A stretch of 64,000 nucleotides of DNA from Macrostomum lignano (lineage: Eukaryota): assembly GCA_002269645.1 (NCBI GenBank), contig NIVC01002729.1, positions 1 through 64,000 on the forward strand. The letters are read 5' to 3'. The first letter of the stretch is position 1. Every line of letters starts with the position of its first letter. The position numbers were made by a program, and so were the translations under genes. This document shows positions 37,493 to 48,700 of the stretch, one piece after another. The notes under the pieces were generated by a model. The model made no database searches. It saw only the letters and a program-made list of their open reading frames with translations, and was not told the DNA's origin.

Positions 37493-37959
37493 TTGTTTAC
37501 AAAAGTTTTTTGTTTTAATCTTGTCTATCACTTACAAATCGATGTGGCATCGATGTCGCCTCAGCGATGTGACATTGGCGCTGGAAAATTGTGGCAGTAA
37601 TACAACGAAGATCGAGTTCTAAATTTCTATGAGAAAATGACTGTAAATTATGTCAGCTAGATTCCATATCTGTAAAGTTCTGTGCCACATTGATCCCACT
37701 AAGGCTGTAGTGCGAGATTATAATTAAAATTCTTAATTAACTTTTGTAGAACCGAATGCTTCAAGCAAATTTTTATTAGAGCTCAGCTCTGTAATTAGAC
37801 CTAAGCGATTGTATTTATATTCAGCATTGAAAAGTAATATGGCTATTAGTAGTATGACTGAAATCATTTATTAGGAAAAATTTTTTGGCGAAATTGAAAA
37901 GAAAATAAGAGAAAATACGCTCGTAGCTCTAGTTATGTGCCACATGTCTCACCTATTAG

Positions 37960-38856
37960 ACAGATGCATCACCTGTTAGACAGGTGGGACGTCGCTTGTT
38001 AGACAGGTGTGACGTCGCTTGTTAGACAGGTGTGACGTCGCTTGTTAGACAGGTGTGACGTCGCTTGTTAGACAGGTGTGACGTCGCTTGTTAGACAGGT
38101 GTGACGTCGCTTGTTAGACAGGTGGGACGTCGCTTGTTAGACAGGTGGGACGTCGCTTGTTAGACAGGTGTGTCACCTGCTAGACAGATATGACGTCGCT
38201 TGTTAGACAGGTGTGTCACTGTTAGACAGGTGTGTCAACTGTTAGACAGGTGTGTCAACTGTTAGACAGGTGTGTCACTGTTAGACAGGTGTGTCACTGT
38301 TAGACAGGTGTGTCAACTGTTAGACAGGTGTGTCACTGTTAGACAGGTGTGTCAACTGTTAGACAGGTGTGTCACTGTTAGACAGGTGTGTCAACTGTTA
38401 GACAGGTGTGTCAACTGTTAGACAGGTGTGTCAACTGTTTAGACAGGTGTGTCAACTGTTTAGACAGGTGTGTCAACTGTTTAGACAGGTGTGTCAACTG
38501 TTTAGACAGGTGTGTCAACTGTTTAGACAGGTGTGTCAACTGTTTAGACAGGTGTGTCAACTGTTTAGACAGGTGTGTCAACTGTTTAGACAGGTGTGTC
38601 AACTGTTTAGACAGGTGTGTCAACTGTTTAGACAGGTGTGTCAACTGTTTAGACAGGTGTGTCAACTGTTTAGACAGGTGTGTCAACTGTTTAGACAGGT
38701 GTGTCAACTGTTTAGACAGGTGTGTCAACTGTTTAGACAGGTGTGTCAACTGTTTAGACAGGTGTGTCAACTGTTTAGACAGGTGTGTCAACTGTTTAGA
38801 CAGGTGTGTCAACTGTTTAGACCGGTGTGTCAACTGTTAGACAGGTGTGTCAACTG
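37960..38856. repeat. 19-23 bp minisatellite with a unit-length gradient
   Basis: GTTAGACAGGTGTGACGTCGCTT (23), then 19-20 bp units, then GTGTGTCAACTGTTTAGACAG (21). Confidence 0.95.
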
Positions 38857-39659
38857 TAAAATAGGGGTGCCATCATAAAGTAAATCTTATAAATACAGTA
38901 AAAATTGCCTTAAACGAAGCATAGAGATAGTCTAATTAGATCCAGGCAGAATTCATCTTTAAATAATTTAAAAATCAAGGGTGCAATGAGTTCGGTTCGA
39001 TACAGATTATTACGAGCTATTTTATTGAAATTAAAAGTAATTTTTAAACGGAAGTCTACCAACCAGCCACATGACTTGCGCGTCACTTTCGCCTATCCAC
39101 CTAATTCGAAATCGGAAGAGTTTTCCTGATGTATAACTTTTTCATTGCTCGAGGTTCATCCTCTTAAGGCAGTAAACAGTTCGTTCGCATTCGATAAGCT
39201 CGTACAAGTAAATCCTGGAAAAGTTAATTTTCAGTCTTTGCAGCGACGAATTTCACATTTCCGGCCCCAATGGCTATCGTGAGGGCATCGATTACTGGTG
39301 TATTTACCCGCGTGTCCAGACTGTACATGTGGATGCATGTATGAGGCTGTTAGTCATGCCTAATAAACACAGATGTCGAAGCATTACAATACAAACCCAA
39401 TAGCTTATTTGGGTAGGCATTAAAGCCTATAATTATAAATCACTTTTAAAATGGGTACGCGGAGCTCATGGACAACCAGCGTATGGAGTTCTTAATTTTG
39501 AATCTTGGAATAGAAAACTCGTGTCGTTAAGCATGGATTTCTAGTTATAGATGTACGTGTAGCTATATGCACGTGTAGATTTCGGAACGGTTGCTTGGGT
39601 TTTTAGAAATACATTAAGAACCAATAGAGTAACTGTTTAATAGACGCTCGTGTTAGTAT

Positions 39660-39705
39660 CAAGGACTTCTAGACTAACTAGTCTAGTTTAGTCTAGAAGT
39701 CCTTG
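39660..39705. mobile_element. 46-bp hairpin element with 8-bp TSD (hAT-like minimal MITE or footprint)
   Basis: 18-bp perfect arms CAAGGACTTCTAGACTAA / TTAGTCTAGAAGTCCTTG; GTTAGTAT at 39652-39659 and 39706-39713. Confidence 0.8.
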
Positions 39706-40076
39706 GTTAGTATCTGTATGAATTCTACTAGCATAAAAGTCTGGAAAGGAAAGCGTATATACTGCACCGAATTTCCTTGTAGCTACAGAAATTTAAGCCT
39801 GGTCATTTGCTGAAAGCATTCCAATAAAAGCTACATAGCCTATATCAAGAGAGGACTGAGAGATATACAAGGCTGTGCAGAGCCAGCTGACACATTTAAT
39901 CAGTTTTATCAGATCCAATAGTTTTATAAACTTGTCACCATCGCTCCTTTATAGACTTTATAGTTAGCAGCTTTCAACCTGCGCCAGGTCTTTCAGGTGA
40001 ATTTCTGAATTTCCTATATATTTCGCATTTATCGCAACAGGTTTTCAGTGGACGAATACAACTAAGAGCAACAGGT

Positions 40077-42275
40077 ATGAGCTTTCTGCAACGATGCATC
40101 TGGCCTCATGGAAGGTAAGTAAAAATGATTACTCGTTTGAAAAATTAAAATCGTAGATTTTGCAGCAGAATTTTCAATATAATAAAACCCATTTTGCCCC
40201 TCTTTCAGCGACGAGAATTTGCACCTGGCAGACAGACAAGACGCCGAGACCCGCTACAGCAGCTGGCTGGTGATGTCGCCCATTGAGTTCCCCGGTCGAG
40301 AACCCGGGACTGTGACTTTTTCAAGGCGGGTGAGTAACGTCGCTGTAGAGCATTCAAAATTACAGTGGTAGATTTTTTTCATCATGACCGGCTTTTGCTG
40401 TGAAACGCATTTTAACATAGCTACAAGTAGTTGTATCCTCTGAAAGACCCCGTGGAAGTAGTTGTGTCCTCTGAGACCCCGTGGAAGTAGTTGTGTCCTC
40501 TGAGACCCCGTGGAAGTAGTTGTGGCCTCTGAGACCCCGTGGAAGTAGTTGTGGCCTCTGAAAGACCCCCGTGGAAGCATTTATGTCCTCTGAAAGACCT
40601 CGTGGAAGTAGTTGTGGCCTCTGAAAGACCTCGTGGAAGTAGTTGTGTCCTCTGAAAGACCCCGTGGAAGTAGTTGTGTCCTCTGAGACCCCGTGGAAGT
40701 AGTTGTGGCCTCTGAAAGACCCCCGTGGAAGTATTTATGTCCTCTGAAAGACCCCGCGAAAGTAGTAGTGGCCTCTGAAAGACCCCGTGGAAGTAGTTGT
40801 GTCCTCTGAAAGACCTCGTGGAAGTAGTTGTGGCCTCTGAAAGACCCCCTAGTTGTGTCGTCTGAAAAACAACGTGGAATAAGTTGTGGCTTCTGAAAGA
40901 CCCTGTGGAAGTAGTTGTGTCCTGAAGGCTCTGGACGAAGTGGCGTCCAAAGGACTCAAATATCTTTTCAGGCACTTTTTTCTGATGCATCATCTAATTG
41001 TTGCACCTTCTCCGCGACACAGCACTGGAAGCGACAGTTCTTTGAGCTATCGCTGGTCCGCGGCCAGACCACCCAGGACACCAACCGGTTCCATCTGATC
41101 TGCTATTCCAAAAACGATCGCAACAAGCGACCGAAAGGCTGCATCGATCTGAACACTGTGACGGACCTGCGCAAGATGTCCGTGCCACCGGATGAACTGC
41201 TGGCGACGCTGAGCAGGAAGCATCTCTGCGAGGATTGCCAGTTGATGGATGCCGACCCTAGGCGTCGAGTTCTCATCTGCGATCAGCTGCCGTTCTTCAG
41301 CTTCGAGGCGATGTTCGGCGAGCACCGCGGTCGGGTCTACTTGTTGGCTGAGGATGCCAGGCAGATGCTGGATTGGGTGAGGCTGCTCTGCTCAGTTTTT
41401 TGTGCATTTATTCTTGCGTCTTTTTGAGAAGATGCTCAAACCAAAGAGCACCTTGTCAAGAAGGTGCTTAGAAAAATATGCTCTTTGGCTTGTATCTTTC
41501 TGCAGATTTCACAGTTTACATCACCAAGCGTTCAACCGACGCTTTCCAGGTGCGCCAATTAAGCTCCGCTTGCGGCATGCCAGACGCTCAAAACGCGAAA
41601 CCCCTAGGAATGCCACATGCCATTCCATCACCGGTAACGCCTGTAGCTCCGCTTCTGCCAATTCCTCGACCTTGGGGCGGTGAAGTCAACGCCAACACTA
41701 ACCGGCGTCGCTCTGGCAGTCCAGATGGCCGCCACCAGCCTGTTGTTGACTCGGCTGTCGACTTTGAAATCTACAACAGTTCGGCTTTAGCTGATTTAGC
41801 TGACGAGACCTACGGAGTTGTTGGGGGAAATCAATTAGCTGACGAGACCTACGGAGTTGTTGGGGGAAATCAATCAGCTGACGAGACCTACGGCAATCTG
41901 CTGAGCTCAAGCCGCGATGACACCTATGGAGAACTGCTGAACACAACCGGAGATGACACCTACGGAGATCTTCGAAACGCTGGCAGTCAAGAGGACGACG
42001 GCCTCTACGGGCGTATTGATGCTGCCAGTCTAAAAAAGAAAATGATGACGACAACTGCGCCCGGGGCGGCGGTAGCCAGGGAGAGCGTCGATAGTGGCGC
42101 ATTCGACGCGCCGCCGAGCATCGCGCCGCGCCAGTTCCGGCCGCAGAATAGCGGCAAAGGCGTAGTCAGGCAGTCGTCTACAGACTACGAAAACCTCAAC
42201 CAGCTTAGTGCGTTGGTTGGCGCCGCTAATGCACCAGATAATGTGTACGGCAACGTGTCGGACATGCAAAAGTGA
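40077..42275 (+). CDS. Gab/DOS-like PH-domain docking protein; exons 40077-40114, 40209-40329, 41023-41376, 41550-42275; ~412 aa
   Basis: PH motifs YSSWLVMSP, HWKRQFFEL, YSKNDRNKRPKGCIDL, VYLLAEDARQMLDW|VRQLSSACG resemble the Gab PH domain; disordered tail with many acidic-Tyr motifs. Phase-compatible GT-AG junctions. Confidence 0.75.
40425..40925. repeat. ~30-bp minisatellite in intron 2 of the PH gene
   Basis: Unit GTGGAAGTAGTTGTGTCCTCTGAAAGACCCC. Confidence 0.9.
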
Positions 42276-43319
42276 CCTTCTGCCGCAGTTTGCTCACTTG
42301 CAAAAACACTCTGTGGATTGTCAATTTTCCTCCTGTGGTTTCTTCTCATCGAACATCTATACGTAATGAATGGCTTCAATCAATTCAATACGCCCAGTGA
42401 ATTTTTGTATTGCACACGTGAATTTCGGCGACTGTTAACAGAACACAAAATTAAGCTTAATTTACGTAGGATAGCATGCAGGGTTTAGACAGAATTATCT
42501 TTAATCTTTAATCCATAAATCACATGACGAAATTTTTCCTTAGCTATTTAATGGCTGTGTGAATGAGCCTTCCCTTTGAGAATTCATTTGATATATATGG
42601 TCCGGTGTGTCAATTATGACTTCATTAACGAAGACTCTAAATTTTAGTTTAATTTGCGAGCGTACTACTATAGTACGAGCGTATATCCGATTTATAGGGA
42701 TTTTTAGCCCTGTCAAAATGGTGAAAATCATTTGAATTTAGGATAGGCTCCCCTTCCAAGCAAAAAGCTTCCATTTTGTCATTGTATTTTTGCTAAGCTA
42801 GACTTTTAACTATATGATAAAATTAAATTTAAAAAGTCGAAAACTTTTTTAAGAAATTAACTGTTGTAAATTTTTCAGTGCCTTTCTGGCTGTAATTTTA
42901 ACTACTTAAATAATTACACTATTTTTTGAAAATCTATATTAAGCACTAATTTTGTACATATTTCTCTGCAAATTTCTATACAAAACTAATAAAAATTAAA
43001 CGAAAATGGCTAAGATATTTCTCCCTCTCCGTAGTTACGTCTCAACAGTTTAAACAGTTAAGCCAAATCCAAGGACGATTTTAATTCATAATTTAGCAGT
43101 CATTGTAATTCATACTTTTTAAATAAATTTGATAGAAATCCTCAAATAATAGAGATGAATTATTAACCATTGTTAATGATGTTACTAAAATTATTTAAGA
43201 AGTTATTAGTTATAAGTTATTTAAACGAGCGTAAGTTACTAAATAATTAAAATAAAACGATATAATTGTACTAATGTGGCAAGTCATGTTTGAGCCATGG
43301 ATCGTGCTCTGTGTGTCAG

Positions 43320-43560
43320 ATGACATCGAGGCTGCAATTTTATGCCGAGACGCTGATGGACAGGTGACGGAGCTTCCGCGTTGTCAGCAGTTCGTCTACC
43401 TCGGCCAAGCGACCTGTTGCGCTGTCGGCGACTTCAGTTGGCAGGCCACATCATCCACGCAGAGTCGTACTGCCCACAGCCGGTGCAGGAGGTGCTTCTG
43501 CTGCCGGAGTCCAACAGGCGCAGACCGGCTGTGGCGCGCAGCGCTACGCAGGTGACGGCG
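43320..43560 (+). mobile_element. Non-LTR retrotransposon 3' fragment
   Basis: LPRCQQFVYLG (RT thumb F.YLG) and RRLQLAGHII motifs. Confidence 0.65.
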
Positions 43561-43869
43561 CGTTGCGGCTCCGGCAGCTGCAGGCACCCTACCGGCGGGG
43601 GCAGGCCCGCACTCGGCGTTTCGTCGACTGCCTGCTGGCTGACGCCGGCGCCCCGGATTCGGTCGGCGGCATGGCTTTCGTTCGCGACCTGGCCCTGAGG
43701 CGCGCCCTGTGACGTTGACCGCGTATTTTGTTGTTGTTGTGTCGCTGCAAATAATATAATGAGTTTCCTAGGTACTTGGCACCACCATTGTGCATCCCAA
43801 GGCTACAACAAGAACTAATATCCAGTCCAGAAATTTTCATTATTATTAAACAGACACTGGCACAGGGGG

Positions 43870-44790
43870 GTCAGCAAAGCACCTGTTGGTGGAAAACAGC
43901 TGAGTCCAGCGTAGCTGCAGACTGAGGGGTCAGGCACAGAGCCTGCAAGTCAGAGAGCAAAGTGTCAGCCAGAGTGGTGCAGCGGGCCTGGCCGCGCGGC
44001 AGAGTCTCCCACAGGGCCGGCTGAGCAGCTGGTCGGCCAGCGGGGGCCCGGCGTTCCGTGCATGGGCACGCACACAGTGGCCGATCAACATCTGGCGTCG
44101 CCTCTGCAGAGTGCGGCCAAAGGGGCGGCACGCTGGTCCGGCCCGCCAGCTCGGCGTTGCTCAGGCACTTCCAGGGCGTTGTGCACGAGATGGCGATGGC
44201 AGGCCTCCAAGCTCGTCTCACAAGTGGCCGTCATGGAAACAGCCTCCAGCCCGTAGGTCAACTGCCCAGCGGAATAGGGCGACCTTCAGGCTGTCGGTGG
44301 CGAGCCGGCAATTGAAGATAGAGCGGAAAAATTGGGAGGCCCGCCAAGCCTGCTGCTAACGGTTGTTGACAATGGCATCCGGGTCAGTGACCAGGACGCC
44401 CAAATACTTGAACTAGTTGCACTGGGCGATGGTGTTGCCGTCCGGTATGTTGTCCTCTGTCTTGCCGTAGTTGATTTGGAGCCACATGCGTCTCCCCTCA
44501 TCAGTCAGCCGACTCACCGCCCTCTACGCAGCTTTGGGGCTGCAGCAGATCAGCGCCAGGTCGTTGGGTTAGGCGAGGCAGGTCAGCTTGACACAGGGAA
44601 AGCGGAAGCCGTCTTCATCCCGCAGAGCCAACCCCATGAGGTAGTCGATCAGGAAGACAAATAAAAATGGGGATAAGGTGTCCTCTTGCCGGACCCCCGG
44701 GTGGTGGCAAATTCAAATGTAGGGCCGTGGTCAGTCTGGACAACAGCCTTGGACGAGCTGTAGAGGTCCATGATTGCCTGGACTAGCAGC
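43870..44790 (-). mobile_element. Decayed non-LTR retrotransposon, RT to C-terminus (RTE-like)
   Basis: AIMDLYSSSKAVV..GVRQEDTLSPFLFVFLIDY..LA*PNDLAL (degenerate YADD), LTYGLE, TTLADTLLSDL. Confidence 0.75.
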
Positions 44791-44809
44791 TGAGGAACTC
44801 AATGGGTCT

Positions 44810-44875
44810 ACGGCTGCCTCGTCTGCCAACTCATTGCCGACCAGGCTTACCGTGGGCTGAGACCCACTGCAACCG
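44810..44875 (-). mobile_element. RNase H fragment of a retroelement
   Basis: QWVSAHG..(frameshift)..LVGNELADEAA. Confidence 0.6.
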
Positions 44876-45762
44876 GACAGCTTCAGACGGCTTCGAAGTG
44901 CTGGGTCTGTGGGCGCTTCAGAGAACGACTGACTTAAAAAAGAAATCAGTCACGCGTTAGTAGAGAAAATATTGCAACAGCTTGAAATAATTTTTAGTGC
45001 GAAGCCAGTCGCAGGCGAGGGTGAGCGTCCGCCTTTCTTCGTCAAAGCTGCATGTTAGGGAGGCCTTACGTGCAGCGATCGTCTCGATAATGGCAGGCTT
45101 AGCGGGATCTCCGCAGCAGAGTCACCCACGTCCCACGCAACGCGTCATCCAGACGGACCTTTTGGCGTCGGGGTGGTTCAACCGATGGCGGACGCCACCG
45201 GGCTTCCCAAAATCGAACGCAAATCAATCAACGGGCATGGGCTAGAGATACAAATAACATGCACATGCACACGCACAGTAAAGCACTTCAGTCATCGGTC
45301 GACAGACAGGAGTTCCGCAAAATCCTAGCGTACCGGTAACAACGGAACGCGCACAAAATTGACACGAAGAAATAGTTGATGATCAAAAGTGTTCACGTTT
45401 CTGCATGCTGCACCATCGAGAGTAGGGGTTGTTCAACAAACGGAGGAGATATTCAAGTATTTTAAACCTGTCAAAAACTATAAAATACACTAATCACTAT
45501 TCAAAGCTTAAACAAGTTTCCCTGTCTAAATTCCTTATAGTTGGCAAAACTACGCATTAAGTGATATTATAAAGTGAATTACCAGCGCTCGTAAATGAAA
45601 TCCGATGAAATTTCTATAGAAACAATCTGCCATAGACAAAACCTGTTCGATTCGGAATGATTAATCTATTAAATAAATCTTCAGCTCGAATTACTCGGGC
45701 TACGAGCTATGCAAGTTCTTATATTCGGTTGAAACAGACTAAATACTATATAGGACTAGAGA

Positions 45763-48700
45763 ATGTTTAGCAACAACAGTAAAGTTGAAGTTCAAAAGAA
45801 GTTGAGATTAAAGTCCACCAATCGGCTCTCCCCAGCTCTGTGGCCAGTTAAGGCTTCGGTTAAGCGTTTCGAGGAAGTTGACGAAGGATGCCAGTCGGTG
45901 GCGGTTCCGCGGTGCGCCAGTCGTTTGGAGACGCTGGCGTACGCCGTCCTCTTTGCGGCGGCGTTTATCTACGGAGCCTACGACTTCTATGAGGCCATTG
46001 GGTCGCAGCCAAATCTAGGTAATTAATTGGTTGACTTCCTTTCGCTTGATGAAATATGAAATATGAGATTGGTAATTTTTGGTGTTTAAAATGGCGTTCA
46101 TTGGAATCGAAATGTCACTCATTAGATTCGAAATGGCACCTTTATATCCTATTAATCCCATACACATTTTTTATTTATAGAGCCATGAATGTTTGAGTTC
46201 GAGGTGTGACGCATTAACTATTTATACATATGCGATTCTCTTTTCATTGCAGTTCTGCCAGCGGAGCAGCTCACCGCTGGATGGCTTGCCGATTGGCAGG
46301 TGAGGCAAAATATATTGCTATGCCAAAGTTTGAATGCAACTGTTAAATCAAAATCTTCATAGTAATCGTAATATATTCATAAACAAAGAAACTTACAATT
46401 ATATACACTTTGGAATTGACAGGAATCTCTGTCGATACCGTTGGAGTCGGAAATGATGGCCGGTTATAAATATTACTTGCTCGCTTGTCTCGGATTTCTG
46501 CTGGTCAGTCAGTTGACTCTTCGATTAGCGCCGAGATGGGTGAGCTAATTAGCGTTTTTAATGAGACTGTACAGCTGTTGCACTGTTCACAAGTGCCCTT
46601 TATCCTGTTCTCAAGTCTCTTTTTTCCGGTGTCAAGTGTCCTCAAACCTATTCTCAAGTGTCCTCAAACCTATTCTCAAGTGTCCTCAAACCTATTCTCA
46701 AGTGTCCTCAAACCTGTTCTCAAGTGCCCTCTAACCTGTTATCAAGTGTCCTCAAACCTGTTCTCAAGTGTCCTCAAACCTGTTCTCAAGTGTCCTCAAA
46801 CCTGTTCTCAAGTGTCCTCAAACCTGTTCTCAAGTGTCCTCAAACCTGTTCTCAAGTGTCCTCAAACCTATTCTCAAGTGTCCTCAAACCTGTTCTCAAG
46901 TGTTCTCAAACCTATTCTCAAGTGTCCTCAAACCTGTTCTCAAGTGTCCTCAAACCTATTCTCAAGTGTCCTCAAACCTATTCTCAAGTGTCCTCAAACC
47001 TATTCTCAAGTGTCCTAAAACCTGTTCTCAAGTGTCCTCAAACCTATGCTCAAGTGTCCTCAAACCTGTTCTCAAGTGTCCTCAAACCTATTCTAAAGTG
47101 TCCTCAAACCTGTTCTCAAGTGTCCTCAAACCTGTTCTCAAGTGTCCTCAAACCTGTTCTCAAGTGTCCTCAAACCTGTTCTCAAGTGTCCTCAAACCTA
47201 TTCTCAAGTGTCCTCAAACCTATTCTCAAGTGTCCTCAAACCTGTTCTCAAGTGTCCTCAAACCTATTCTCAAGTGTCCTCAAACCTATTCTCAAGTGTC
47301 CTCAAACCTATTCTCAAGTGTCCTAAAACCTGTTCTCAAGTGTCCTCAAACCTATGCTCAAGTGTCCTCAAACCTGTTCTCAAGTGTCCTCAAACCTATT
47401 CTAAAGTGTCCTCAAACCTGTTCTCAAGTGTCCTCAAACCTATTCTCAAGTGTCCTCAAACCTGTTCTCAAGTGTCCTCAAACCTGTTCTCAAGTGTCCT
47501 CAAACCTGTTCTCAAGTGTCCTCAAACCTGTTCTCAAGTGTCCAACACTCCGTAGTCAAGTGCTCTACACCCTGTTTTTGGATGTCCACCACACAATGCA
47601 AAAATATCGTAAACGCTCCTGTTGTTCTCGTAGTCCTCTATAACCTAATCTGCTCATCTCTCATATTGACGGTCTCAAAATATGAACTCAGGTTCACTAC
47701 CTATCAACCGCTGGGTGTACATTCGCTGCGACAGTCCTGGTGATTGGCGCCAGAAAATCGCTGTACCTGCTGCTGCTGTTCTGCGGTGAGATCGTCCTGG
47801 CTTATTTTTCTTGGGCCGCCGTTTGGGCGCTGGGCCTGGCAGCTCTGATGCTGCAGAATTCAAATCACTGGATTGACATTCTTGACACTGGCACTCTCAG
47901 TCAAAAAGGCTACATGGAATCTCTGTTCTACCCAATCTCTGGCTACCTGTACTGCCGCTGCATCTCCGCTGGACTCAGCCTCAACCAAATGCTGCGGGAC
48001 CAGAGACGCCAACCTGCAGATGAGGCACAGCAGCTGAGCCTGCTCCAGTTCCTTAAACTGCACCTTCCCCGAGCTCTGGCTTACGGATTTTACCTGCCCT
48101 GGCACTTTTCCGGCCCGATCCTCACCTTTGCTGACTTCTGTCGGGAGGCTGAGAGACCCGACAGGCTGGTGTGGAAGCCGAACCTGCTGCTGCTACTGGC
48201 GTGGCGAGCGACTCGCCTGTTGGTGTGGATGCTGCTGCTTCAGGTGCTGCATCATTTCCTACCTGTTGGAGCATTTCTGGAGAGCATTCGGTCTTACGAG
48301 TCCGTGCCCTACAAGCGGCTCGTGTTCTCAATGTACCTGCATGGCCAGAACTTCATGCTGGTCTACGTGCAGCTGTACGGCTGGCCGGGTCTCGTGTCCA
48401 GCATTGACGGAGTCGAGCTGCCGCACTGGCCCGACTGCATCAGCCGAGTCTATACTTACAGGCAGATGTGGCGCGTGTTCGACAGGGGGCTGGCCTCCTT
48501 CATGTACAGCCACATCTACATCCCCATGGGAGGCAGTCGGCACGGCATTGTGAGACAGGTAGCTGCTGTGGCTGCCAGCTTCGCCTTTGTCTCCATTTAC
48601 CACGGCGACTCGACCAGCGTCCGCATCTGGGCTGCGCTGAACGCGTTTCATTTACTGCTGGAGATTGCGGCCTGCAGGCTGTACGAATGGAAGCTGAAGG

